This document shows, piece after piece, positions 38,501 to 46,493 of a DNA stretch of 64,000 bases. Position numbers and translations under genes: made by a program. How positions within the stretch are numbered: the first letter of the stretch is position 1; every line of letters starts with the position of its first letter. This stretch comes from a virus. Its lineage: Duplodnaviria > Caudoviricetes. The DNA lies in the IMG/VR virus record IMGVR_UViG_3300050821_004020, positions 9,302 through 73,301 of that record; one strand, 5' to 3'. The notes beneath the pieces were generated by a model. It was given only the letters and a program-made list of their open reading frames with translations. It made no database searches and was not told where the DNA came from.

Positions 38501-38611
38501 GGTGAGCTTGGCGTTGCGGTCCATGAAGTAACCAGCGGTGAAACGGTAGATGCTGTTGACGCGTACTTTCATGATTCGTCTGCCTTTCTTGGGGCGATCA
38601 AAATGTATCAA
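35568..38611 (-). other. cluster of about 12 small hypothetical early genes
   Basis: Dense, co-oriented 60-135 aa ORFs with SD sites; one apparent frameshift at about 36285. Confidence 0.6.
36807..36835 (-). promoter_or_regulatory. early promoter
   Basis: AAAATAGTAC-TTGACA-17-TACAGT. Confidence 0.75.
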
Positions 38612-38630
38612 AACACCGAATACCTGTCAA
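38602..38630 (-). promoter_or_regulatory. early promoter
   Basis: AGTACTA-TTGACA-17-TACATT; three AGTAC boxes upstream. Confidence 0.75.
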
Positions 38631-38668
38631 TAGTACTTCACTAGTACTTTGGAATAGTACCAGTAGAA

Positions 38669-38989
38669 CTACTTAGGCAGCACCGTGTTTGTGGCCTTGT
38701 CCACTTTCCCGGTAAAGTACATGTCACGCTCCACGGGCAAACCAAAGTGACCGCGTGCTTCTTTCAATTCTGAGAGCATGAAGTAGCCCTGCTCTTTTTC
38801 ATGCCCGTCCACGAGCCCGTAAAAACGCCAATCGCCGTTTTCAAGCTTCTGACCTTCGAACACATACCATGTCCAGCTTGAGTCTGGTGTAAAGAACTTG
38901 ACGATGACGGGCGAGATCTGCTGCTTCTCGCCTGAATAGAGCGGGTGCTTCTCGAGTTGCTTAATGATTGCAGCCGTGAGTAGTTTCAT
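38669..38989 (-). CDS. DUF2958-like protein
   Basis: VKFFTPDSSWTWY..FYGLVDG.E.E.GYF.LSEL...GLPVERDMYF. Confidence 0.75.
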   Translation of the reverse strand: MKLLTAAIIKQLEKHPLYSGEKQQISPVIVKFFTPDSSWTWYVFEGQKLENGDWRFYGLVDGHEKEQGYFMLSELKEARGHFGLPVERDMYFTGKVDKATNTVLPK

Positions 38990-40058
38990 GCGAATGCCTC
39001 CGCGTCGAATTTGTCCATGGCCGCGTTGAAGCCATCTGGATCGTTGTTGGCATAATTCCAATCGCTGATGATGTCCATGTCGTTGCCCAGAACGAGCACT
39101 ACGCTGTGCTCCTCGACGCCATTGGTGAAATAAACGCGGGCGTCGTCCAGGTTGAAGATAATCTCCATCGCGGCCTGCATGCTGTTAGTGTCCACGTTGT
39201 CTTCGCCGTCGTACACTGTGGAAACTTTCCAACCGTTCTTGGCAAGATGCAGGAACAAATTCCAAACGATCCTTCGCTCGCGGATAGTGCGAGCTGGCGG
39301 CTGTCCGCCCTTGTACAGAATTTTGTCAATCTCGAGCTGAGGTGCATTTTCCATGTTAATTCTCCTTTTTGATTTGATCTAGATTTACTGTGATCAACAA
39401 TGATGCAGATTGCGCTTTGACTTTCGTGCCTGCTACGGTGTTCTCTAATGCTACAACAGTACCACTAAGTATACGACCGTCGTACATGTCAATGGTGATG
39501 CGGTCGCCGGGTTTGAGTTGCTGCCACTTCTTTTTCATTAGCCCCTCCATGCGGATCGAATCACGCGCACCACGAGATACAGCATGAACAAGCAGAACGC
39601 GATGACGGTTAGCCACACCAACACATAGCCAATGAGAAACACGATTATCCAAAATGCGTCGATCATATCTTCACCTCGAGTAACTTGGTTAGGTTGGCTG
39701 CGTTAACCCAGACGTGAGCAGTTGCAGGCTTGCCGCAGAATGTGCCGTTCTCGACCAATGCGAAGCCCTCAGGCAGACGATTGAGGGTGACGACGCCATT
39801 CTGTACGGTTACATCCTGATTCGAGCCATTAGCGCCGTTCAGGTCGTAATAAGGGTGCGTAGAGGTTGGGAGCGCTTTGGTGCGGTTTGTGGCCAGCTCA
39901 ACTAGGGCATAGTAGGATTTGCTGCCGCCGTCCCAATATGAGTTAATGCTCACGGAGCTGAATTCGCTAAGAAACGCGGAGTGCTTCTTGTACCCGGGGA
40001 ATGCAGCCTGAATGACCGCTTTGACTTCAGGCGCCAATTTCAGGTTGATGGTTTGCAT
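38986..40058 (-). other. three hypothetical early genes (38986-39354, about 39356-39538, 39663-40058)
   Basis: ORF track; SD sites. Confidence 0.6.
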
Positions 40059-40081
40059 TGCTCCTCCTGCGGGACGGTCAA

Positions 40082-40110
40082 AATGTATCAAACGGGCGAG
40101 AACGTGTCAA
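40082..40110 (-). promoter_or_regulatory. first early promoter
   Basis: AAAATAGTTC-TTGACA-17-TACATT, then SD GGAGGAG. Confidence 0.8.
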
Positions 40111-40135
40111 GAACTATTTTGATCTATTTTGGGTG

Positions 40136-40515
40136 TGTCATCAAATGCTCTGATGACATCTAATTTGACATTTGGTGTTGTTAGCAAAGGACTTATTGTC
40201 TGTCATCATCGGGGCAACCAGTAAGCCACCATCTAATTACCATCGAATTACTGATTTTTAGTGATCTCCATATTTAAAAAAGAGAAAATAACCGGGAGAA
40301 TATAGATATAAAGACGTTTGTGGCTTACCGGTCTTGCGATGATGACATGCACCTTAAGTGCAATGGAATGAATGAATCGAGTATCACTGTGTGTCATCAG
40401 CGATTTGATGACACTAGAGTCGCCCCCCTGATTTGATTGAGCTTTGATGTCACACAGAGTGGATCGTGCGTCCTGGTCCTCGAGCGTGCGCTGGATGGGC
40501 ATCTGTATGTCATCA
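40136..40515. repeat. seven copies of TGTCATCA in both orientations (iteron-like)
   Basis: Copies at 40136, 40151(rc), 40201, 40340(rc), 40392, 40406(rc), 40508. Confidence 0.7.
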
Positions 40516-41644
40516 GAGGGGCGCGGACAGGCAGGGGCGACTCTATTGGGCACCCTATTGGAGAGGTAGTACAATGGGTACGGCAATCTCTGGTAGGCAC
40601 AATTCGTATCGTAAGCCTCACTCTCCTTTGAATTCTGAGCGGCCTGGGTTGGGTTATTCAGTTTATTCTTGGGCAGATAGGCGGCGGTATGGTAGGGCGA
40701 TTGGATTGTTAGAAGATGCTATCATGCATCTTTTAGAGTCCGGAGAAACAGATGCCGCTCAATTCCTAACCGATCACTTCTCATCGTATTTTTTAAATCT
40801 CAAAATGAGACCGAATCTCAAGACCGCAGGTAAAGCGGGTTTGAGAGCGTTCTCAAAGTGAGACGCGGCGTCAAGTGCTTCATAACATTAGAGATAATTG
40901 GATGATCGATTGAGATGGGATCGCGGCGCGATTTGCCAGAAAATTTCCCAAAATAATCGTAAAAATCACTCATTTCTCGTAAATTGTTGATAATAAAGCA
41001 CATATTTGCCATGAATTAGCCATTTGAGCCGAATAATCGTCTGAAGAACCAGCCGGTGAGGTCGGAGGGCATGAAATACGACTAAGTTATACTTATACGC
41101 ACAAGCAATAAGCTGTTTGTTTGCAACGAATTGCGGCAACGAATCGCAACGCGCAACAAAATCGTGCTGGTATCGAGGTCGTGCTCGAACTGGACTCGGT
41201 TGCCGTAGCGACCGGGGACCGATGTCACACAGGTTGTATCATCGATTTGTCGTCTAAGTCGTTTGTTTTCAGTTGGATCAGTACCATCAGTATTCCTAGT
41301 ACCACCAGGATTATCGGTACTCCCGGTAGTACTATTCCGGTCGGTCGCCCCCACGGCACCTTCGGCGTTGACGCCGGCGCCGCGCTGCAAAACCGGGTAT
41401 ACCTATTAGGATACCTAAAGTGTTGATAACAAAGGGTTTACGTTATGCGTGGGTCTGAAGCACGGACCCAACATTTTAGGCGACATTTAGCCCAGACCTG
41501 TTGTCAGACCCATTTCTCAAATTGAGAATTGGTAGAGGGACGTTTTGGGTATCATTTTGAGATTAAAAGTTTGAGATTTGGGAACAGCCGTCCTGATCCG
41601 ACGGTTGCGTCGGGGCGGTCTCATAGCCACCCCGGCACCCTACT

Positions 41645-42271
41645 ATGAGAGGGAACGTGAGAGAGAGTGTACTGCCGCAGTCGGTGTTTGATCGCCTTCG
41701 GGCCATGGCTCCGCCGCGCAAGCCAGAAGTTAAGAAACCGGCTGTTAGGACAAAAGAAAGGGTCAAGAAGGCCGTTAAAGAGAAAAAGCCTAGAGTTAGG
41801 CTGCCCGTTGTTCGAGCTAAGATGGGTCCTTTAAACGAGTTAAAGTGTTTGAACGTGTATTGTTCAAAAGTTTTTCAACCGACCTTACAGCGACCACATC
41901 GAGTCTATTGCTCAGAGCAGTGTCGAAAACGAGGGGAGAACGGTCGTCTCAAGTGTGTTAAGAGAATTCGTGCCCGGGACTATATTAGAACAATTAAGGT
42001 AAAGCAAGCGGTTTGTTCACATTGCGGGCTCCCGACGCTTCCTTACAACATGGATTGTCATCATCGGGATGCTGAAGATAAGCTCTTTAATTTGAGTCGC
42101 CCGCCAACGGGTATCTCATTCGCGCAAATTGACGCAGAGTTAGAGAAATGCGACTTTCTTTGTAAGCTTTGTCACGGTAAGGCAACGTACGATCCGGTCG
42201 CCTTCTTTACGGAACGAATACGCAACATAGGGTTGGAAATAGCAGCGGATTTGAGTATGGCGGGAGGATAA
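41645..42271 (+). CDS. HNH endonuclease with Zn fingers
   Basis: YCSEQCRK; CSHCG..DCHH..CDFLCKLCH. Confidence 0.75.
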   Translation: MRGNVRESVLPQSVFDRLRAMAPPRKPEVKKPAVRTKERVKKAVKEKKPRVRLPVVRAKMGPLNELKCLNVYCSKVFQPTLQRPHRVYCSEQCRKRGENGRLKCVKRIRARDYIRTIKVKQAVCSHCGLPTLPYNMDCHHRDAEDKLFNLSRPPTGISFAQIDAELEKCDFLCKLCHGKATYDPVAFFTERIRNIGLEIAADLSMAGG

Positions 42272-42273
42272 GA

Positions 42274-42669
42274 ATGCCTGAGCAGCACTGGGTCAACCGT
42301 GTCGATCAGAAAAGTATTGAAGCCGAAACCGTAAGGGACGAGGACGTTGGCGAGTTCCACGTTCACCCGCTTACCATCGAGAGAGCCAAGGAGTTGGGTT
42401 TGACGGATTGGGCCTTGGAAGACGAAAAGCCTGCTCAGCTGCCCCTGGCCCTGGATTATCCCCCGGAGCCTGAAGCTATCCCCGGGAGTATCCGAACCGG
42501 AATGCGATCCTCGGCTGAAGAAGTCATTAAGGCGTACAAGCAGGAATCAGAAGCGTTAGGGCTGTTGAACACCACATTGAGCCACGATCCCAGGTTCCCA
42601 GCATTCAAGGCCCAGGTGATCGCCGCATTCAAACACTTAGGCCTCGACGTTAACAAGTTCTTCGTATGA
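42274..42669 (+). CDS. hypothetical protein
   Basis: ORF track; SD GGAGG. Confidence 0.65.
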   Translation: MPEQHWVNRVDQKSIEAETVRDEDVGEFHVHPLTIERAKELGLTDWALEDEKPAQLPLALDYPPEPEAIPGSIRTGMRSSAEEVIKAYKQESEALGLLNTTLSHDPRFPAFKAQVIAAFKHLGLDVNKFFV

Positions 42670-42769
42670 TCTGGATCGCCGGCACTGTCGTCATCGTGTT
42701 ATTCCTTTTGGGCCGTGGCGGTCGTTGGTTAGGTTGGTTTAAATAATCGTAATTTAAGGGGGGTGATCC

Positions 42770-42964
42770 GTGATCGCAGGATTCATCGCAGGAGCAGTCG
42801 GAGTCATCGGAGCATTAATTGCAGCTTACAAGAGCGGCGGATCAAACGCTCAGACGTCATTAGCAAATTTGAAGACCGCCGTAGCCGCTGAAGTCGCAAA
42901 GGTTGAGGCAGCAGCTTCCGCCGACGCCAAGGCGCTGGTTGCAAAGATTAAGGCGTTGCTCTAA
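42770..42964 (+). CDS. small Ala-rich membrane protein
   Basis: N-terminal TM; SD GGGGG. Confidence 0.65.
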   Translation: MIAGFIAGAVGVIGALIAAYKSGGSNAQTSLANLKTAVAAEVAKVEAAASADAKALVAKIKALL

Positions 42965-42972
42965 AAATAAGC

Positions 42973-43001
42973 TTGACAGGTTTTTGAAGTTGTGAGAGTA
43001 T
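42973..43001 (+). promoter_or_regulatory. promoter of the tRNA array
   Basis: TTGACA-17-GAGTAT with extended TG. Confidence 0.7.
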
Positions 43002-43067
43002 TCTTTTAAGCAGTGGACGGGACAGTTAGTCATACCCCCCGGCGGGTGGGTTAACCCGCCACCTTTC

Positions 43068-43141
43068 GTGAGCCTGATGTAGCGGGAGCATGGCAGCCTG
43101 TGACGCTGTCTGGCTGGGTTCGAATCCCAGGGCGCACCCCA
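43068..43141 (+). tRNA. tRNA-His(GTG)
   Basis: Cloverleaf, loop CTGTGAC, C73-CCA; -1 base is C. Confidence 0.85.
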
Positions 43142-43145
43142 ATTC

Positions 43146-43328
43146 TTGGCCTGGCCGGACGGCCAAAGAGTCACCATGTCAGAGGATGCTGACCGGTTGT
43201 TGCTATTAGTTGAAGCGGCAGAGAAGATAGATAATAATCTGAGCGTGCTTCCCGTAGCGATTCAACTGTTGTATGATGAGCAGTACAAGATGTTGATTCA
43301 AGAAATTGCCAAGAAGGCAAAGAATTAA
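43146..43328 (+). CDS. hypothetical protein
   Basis: ORF between tRNAs; likely start MSEDAD. Confidence 0.5.
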   Translation: MAWPDGQRVTMSEDADRLLLLVEAAEKIDNNLSVLPVAIQLLYDEQYKMLIQEIAKKAKN

Positions 43329-43335
43329 AGTTTTC

Positions 43336-43410
43336 GCCGCTCTAGCTCATTGGCAGAGCGCCGGCCTGAAAAACCGGGCGTACGTAGTTCGATTCTACGG
43401 TGCGGCGCCA
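43336..43410 (+). tRNA. tRNA-Phe(GAA)
   Basis: Cloverleaf, loop CTGAAAA, CCA. Confidence 0.9.
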
Positions 43411-43418
43411 AGATTAAT

Positions 43419-43505
43419 CGCCTGCTGATGGAATTGGCAGACATGCCGGATTCAAAATCCGGTGCCGTAAAACGCGTCAGGGTTCGAGTCCCTGGTGGGC
43501 GACCA
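43419..43505 (+). tRNA. tRNA-Leu(CAA)
   Basis: Loop TTCAAAA, long V-arm, CCA. Confidence 0.9.
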
Positions 43506-43513
43506 AAGTTTGA

Positions 43514-43639
43514 TCTTCCGATCACGGGCAGCCACCGTGTGAGACGTCCACTAAGGGCGAGGCTGGTTAAGTAAGGGGCCCCTGAACAATCAGAGGCTAG
43601 CCCTCGGGCGATCCAGCTGGGATGCGCTGGTGAGGAAGA
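43514..43639 (+). ncRNA. unassigned structured RNA between tRNAs
   Basis: TCTTCC-GA-TCA/TGA-GGAAGA closing stem with three internal arms. Confidence 0.5.
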
Positions 43640-43648
43640 CCGAATTTC

Positions 43649-43740
43649 TGTCGGGTACGACGGGATCGTGGCAGCGACTTATAATCGCTTCTGGCCCTGA
43701 TTAGGCTTGCTAGATGGTTCGATTCCATCCTCGACAACCA
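43649..43740 (+). tRNA. tRNA with TAT anticodon (nominal Ile) and long variable arm
   Basis: TGTCGGG/CTCGACA acceptor, AGCGA-CTTATAA-TCGCT, 23-nt V region, GATGG-TTCGATT-CCATC, ACCA. Confidence 0.85.
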
Positions 43741-43744
43741 GTTT

Positions 43745-43827
43745 GGGCTTGTGGCGAAACAGGCAAACGCGGCGGACTTAAAACCCGCTCCGAAAGGATG
43801 TCGGTTCGACCCCGACCTTGCCCACCA
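43745..43827 (+). tRNA. tRNA-Leu(TAA)
   Basis: Loop CTTAAAA, V-arm, CCA. Confidence 0.9.
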
Positions 43828-43837
43828 AAGTTTCAAT

Positions 43838-43914
43838 GCGCTGCGATTTCGAGCGGCAGAATACCTCCCTCTTAAGGAGGCTTGGTCTCAGTTCAAGTCT
43901 GAGGCGGCGCACCA
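43838..43914 (+). tRNA. tRNA-Lys(CTT)
   Basis: CCTCC-CTCTTAA-GGAGG, CCA. Confidence 0.85.
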
Positions 43915-43919
43915 AATTT

Positions 43920-43995
43920 GGGTTCGTAGCTTAATTGGCAGAGCCTCCGTCTTTTAAACGGAACTGTGTAGGATCATTGCCTACCGGACCCACCA
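43920..43995 (+). tRNA. tRNA-Lys(TTT)
   Basis: TCCGT-CTTTTAA-ACGGA; T-loop ATCATTG; CCA. Confidence 0.85.
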
Positions 43996-44004
43996 AATTT
44001 ATGT

Positions 44005-44094
44005 GGAAGTGCGGCGAAGACGGCGGGTCGTGCTTGTCTGTAAAACAAGATGCCCTTGCGGCACTAGCTGGTTCGAATCCAGCCGCTTCCACCA
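44005..44094 (+). tRNA. tRNA-Tyr(GTA)
   Basis: CTTGT-CTGTAAA-ACAAG, V-arm, CCA. Confidence 0.9.
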
Positions 44095-44098
44095 TTTT

Positions 44099-44173
44099 AG
44101 TCTACTGGCGCAACAGCAGCGCAGTCTCTTGATAGGAGAAAGGTTCCTAGTGCAAATCTAGGGTGGACTACCA
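44099..44173 (+). tRNA. tRNA-Ile(GAT)
   Basis: Loop TTGATAG; T-loop TGCAAAT; CCA. Confidence 0.8.
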
Positions 44174-44185
44174 ATTTTACACCGT

Positions 44186-44261
44186 GGGGCTGTAGCTCAT
44201 TCAGGAGAGCGCATCGCTTGCACCGATGAGGCGTCCGGAGCAAAGCCGGATAGCTCCACCA
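44186..44261 (+). tRNA. tRNA-Ala(TGC)
   Basis: CATCG-CTTGCAC-CGATG; G3:U70; T-loop AGCAAAG; CCA. Confidence 0.9.
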
Positions 44262-44269
44262 ATTTCTGT

Positions 44270-44345
44270 TCCCGACTAGCAAACTGGTCGTATGCATCTC
44301 GCTTACACCGAGACAGGGAGTGTTCGATTCACTCGTTGGGAACCA
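44270..44345 (+). tRNA. tRNA-Val(TAC)
   Basis: TCTCG-CTTACAC-CGAGA, CCA. Confidence 0.9.
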
Positions 44346-44346
44346 C

Positions 44347-44422
44347 GGGGTGTTCGTATATCGGAACATTACGCGGCGCTACGAACGCCGAAAGCAGAGT
44401 CCAATTCTCTGACGCCCCTCCA
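44347..44422 (+). tRNA. tRNA-Arg(ACG)
   Basis: CGGCG-CTACGAA-CGCCG; T-loop TCCAATT; CCA. Confidence 0.85.
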
Positions 44423-44490
44423 ATTTTCGTGTGTCACTGTAAACTATCGGCCTGTAGGTGAGCATAGGCGTCCGAGCACGAATACATTTT

Positions 44491-44565
44491 GGCCCTGTCG
44501 TTCAGCGCACAGGACTCTGGTCTTCGAAACCAGCAACGTCGGTTGGAATCCGACTGGGGCCTCCA
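44491..44565 (+). tRNA. tRNA-Arg(TCG)
   Basis: CTGGT-CTTCGAA-ACCAG; T-loop TTGGAAT; CCA. Confidence 0.85.
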
Positions 44566-44615
44566 AATTTACCGGGATTACAACCGGGTAGCGAACGTTT
44601 TCGGACGTAAACCGA

Positions 44616-45041
44616 ATGGCTGGTGCTTTGCCGTTAGCCGCATCCTTTAAAAAGGAGCGACTGATGATTAAAGAAACACAACTGGGTATGCCATTTGGAA
44701 CGGCGTGCCATCAACTAAGAAAGGAAATTCTTTTTGAGTTGGTAAGAGAAGTAAAAAGAAATTTTTGTTTTAGGTGCGGCAAACAAATTGAGCTTAGTCG
44801 AGATTTTTCGATTGATCATAAAGAGCCTTGGTTACACAGTTTTGAACCAAAAGTTTTGTTTTTCTCTTTGACGAATATTGCCTTTAGCCACAGGCTATGC
44901 AATACGAAGGCCCGTCGAATTAGAAGAAAGTATTCGCCCAAAGAAGCGATACGAGTTGAGCGAGAGCAGAAAGCCGCATACATGAGGAAAATGTATACGA
45001 CCGAGCGCCGCCAATTAAAGTATCGAGCTACTGGGCACTGA
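44616..45041 (+). CDS. HNH endonuclease within the tRNA array
   Basis: CFRCG..SIDHKEPW..FSHRLCN. Confidence 0.8.
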   Translation: MAGALPLAASFKKERLMIKETQLGMPFGTACHQLRKEILFELVREVKRNFCFRCGKQIELSRDFSIDHKEPWLHSFEPKVLFFSLTNIAFSHRLCNTKARRIRRKYSPKEAIRVEREQKAAYMRKMYTTERRQLKYRATGH

Positions 45042-45048
45042 ATTCAGT

Positions 45049-45124
45049 TTCGCTCTGGTCTAACTGGCAGGACACTTCACTGTTAATGAAGAGGGTCTCC
45101 GTTCGAATCGGAGGGGCGGAGCCA
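45049..45124 (+). tRNA. tRNA-Asn(GTT)
   Basis: CTTCA-CTGTTAA-TGAAG, GCCA. Confidence 0.9.
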
Positions 45125-45131
45125 ATTTCGA

Positions 45132-45205
45132 GCAGTGATGATCTAGTGGTATGATGACGCACTTGTAATGCGTACGCCGGGGTCCGATTCCCTGTCGCTG
45201 CTCCA
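45132..45205 (+). tRNA. tRNA-Thr(TGT)
   Basis: ACGCA-CTTGTAA-TGCGT, CCA. Confidence 0.9.
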
Positions 45206-45206
45206 A

Positions 45207-45280
45207 GCACTGTTGATCTAGTGGTATGATGCCGCTTTCGTAAAGCGGACGCCGGGGTCCGATTCCCTGACGGTGCTCCA
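45207..45280 (+). tRNA. tRNA-Thr(CGT)
   Basis: CCGCT-TTCGTAA-AGCGG, CCA. Confidence 0.9.
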
Positions 45281-45285
45281 GTTTT

Positions 45286-45362
45286 GAGGTGGTCGCGTAG
45301 CGGCCTATCGCACTCCACTGTCTATGGAGTTTTCGTGGGTTCGAATCCCATCCGCCTCGCCA
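45286..45362 (+). tRNA. tRNA-Asp(GTC)
   Basis: CTCCA-CTGTCTA-TGGAG, GCCA. Confidence 0.9.
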
Positions 45363-45370
45363 TTTTTCGA

Positions 45371-45444
45371 GCACTCGTAGTTTAGTGGTAGAACACGCCC
45401 TTGGTAAGGGCGGGGTTAGGGTCCGATTCCCTGCAGGTGCTCCA
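45371..45444 (+). tRNA. tRNA-Thr(GGT)
   Basis: CGCCC-TTGGTAA-GGGCG, CCA. Confidence 0.9.
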
Positions 45445-45446
45445 GT

Positions 45447-45520
45447 GCCCATGTAGTCTAGTGGTAGAACGCAGCCCTCTCACGGCTGTAGCGTCGGTTC
45501 GATTCCGGCCACGGGTACCA
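45447..45520 (+). tRNA. tRNA-Glu(CTC)
   Basis: CAGCC-CTCTCAC-GGCTG, CCA. Confidence 0.9.
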
Positions 45521-45527
45521 ATTCTGT

Positions 45528-45603
45528 GGCGATGTCATCTAGTGGCCTAGGATGCTTCCCTTTCAAGGAAGTCACGCGGGTTCGAGTCCCGCCGACGCTA
45601 CCA
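45528..45603 (+). tRNA. tRNA-Glu(TTC)
   Basis: CTTCC-CTTTCAA-GGAAG, CCA. Confidence 0.9.
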
Positions 45604-45754
45604 TATTCTGAAAGTTGTCTGTTGGATACCCCACCGTACGGTGCAGTACATTAACATCGGTGTTAAAAAGACTTGCAAAGGCCAAAATGGATTGGTATAA
45701 GGATTCAGCAGTTGAGCAGTTAAATCCCATCCCTACCAAAGAGGAGAGGCCAAC

Positions 45755-45970
45755 GTGAAGAATCCGGTCCAGCAAGCAGGTATGAAAGAGTTGAAGCTGT
45801 CCTTTGATGCTCGTATTGATGATTTGCATTTGCAGGTCGGAGATTTCGTCAAAGTAGCGGATCAAGTATATAAATTTGTTGGTCGTGAATTGGGCGCTAG
45901 GGATCAATTCGGGAAACTCATTCCAGGTTTGAACCATAAGTATTACGATGTTCTCGAGCCAATCAATTAA
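45755..45970 (+). CDS. hypothetical protein
   Basis: SD GAGGAG; ORF between tRNAs. Confidence 0.6.
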   Translation: MKNPVQQAGMKELKLSFDARIDDLHLQVGDFVKVADQVYKFVGRELGARDQFGKLIPGLNHKYYDVLEPIN

Positions 45971-45979
45971 GTTCATTAT

Positions 45980-46064
45980 GCCCCGTTGGCGAAACTGGGA
46001 AACGCGCAGAGCTTAGACCTCTGTGCCTTCGGGCTTGGAGGTTCGACTCCTCTATGGGGCACCA
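45980..46064 (+). tRNA. tRNA-Leu(TAG)
   Basis: CAGAG-CTTAGAC-CTCTG, V-arm, CCA. Confidence 0.9.
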
Positions 46065-46087
46065 TTTTGTACGTACATCGGTTGGGC

Positions 46088-46432
46088 GTGCCGCAATCAC
46101 GCCCGACCACTCTATTGCGGAGAGAAAGGGTGAGAGAAGGGAAGGCTTATGAGCGTGTTCGTGGCGCTCACAAACGATTGGTTGTGAACCGTTGGAAAAG
46201 AAGAAAGGGCTGCGTTGATTGCGGCTACAAAGCCAATTACGACGCGCTAGAGTTAGATCACCTCTTCGGAAAGAAAGGCAATTATCGTACTGTTGCTTCT
46301 CTGATGTACGCGAGCTGGAGAGTGATCAAAGAAGAGATTGTAAAATGCGAAGTTGTTTGTGCGAACTGCCATGCAATTCGAACTCGGTTAAGAGAGAAAA
46401 TTTCATTGCGGGCACGGCTGGTGCCGGGCTAA
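46088..46432 (+). CDS. HNH endonuclease within the tRNA array
   Basis: GCVDCGY..LELDH..KCEVVCANCH. Confidence 0.85.
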   Translation: MPQSRPTTLLRRERVREGKAYERVRGAHKRLVVNRWKRRKGCVDCGYKANYDALELDHLFGKKGNYRTVASLMYASWRVIKEEIVKCEVVCANCHAIRTRLREKISLRARLVPG

Positions 46433-46479
46433 GCCTCATAAACTTTGGCGTCATGATTCGATTTCATGGCCCGCAACCA
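46407..46479 (+). tRNA. atypical tRNA with CAT anticodon (Met or Ile2)
   Basis: TGCGGGC/GCCCGCA acceptor, ACCA, loop CTCATAA, 4-nt D-loop, extended anticodon stem. Confidence 0.7.
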
Positions 46480-46493
46480 TTTTTAGGAGTCGC

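Noticed and set aside
640-40000. Many plus-strand ORFs in the left arm and minus-strand ORFs in the right arm
   Set aside because: They are antisense shadows of well-supported genes, with no SD sites or motifs
40900-41640. Genome terminus or pac site
   Set aside because: The low-coding region is suggestive, but termini cannot be determined without read data
44570-44640. Hairpins upstream of the HNH gene
   Set aside because: Short imperfect stems that I cannot distinguish from chance
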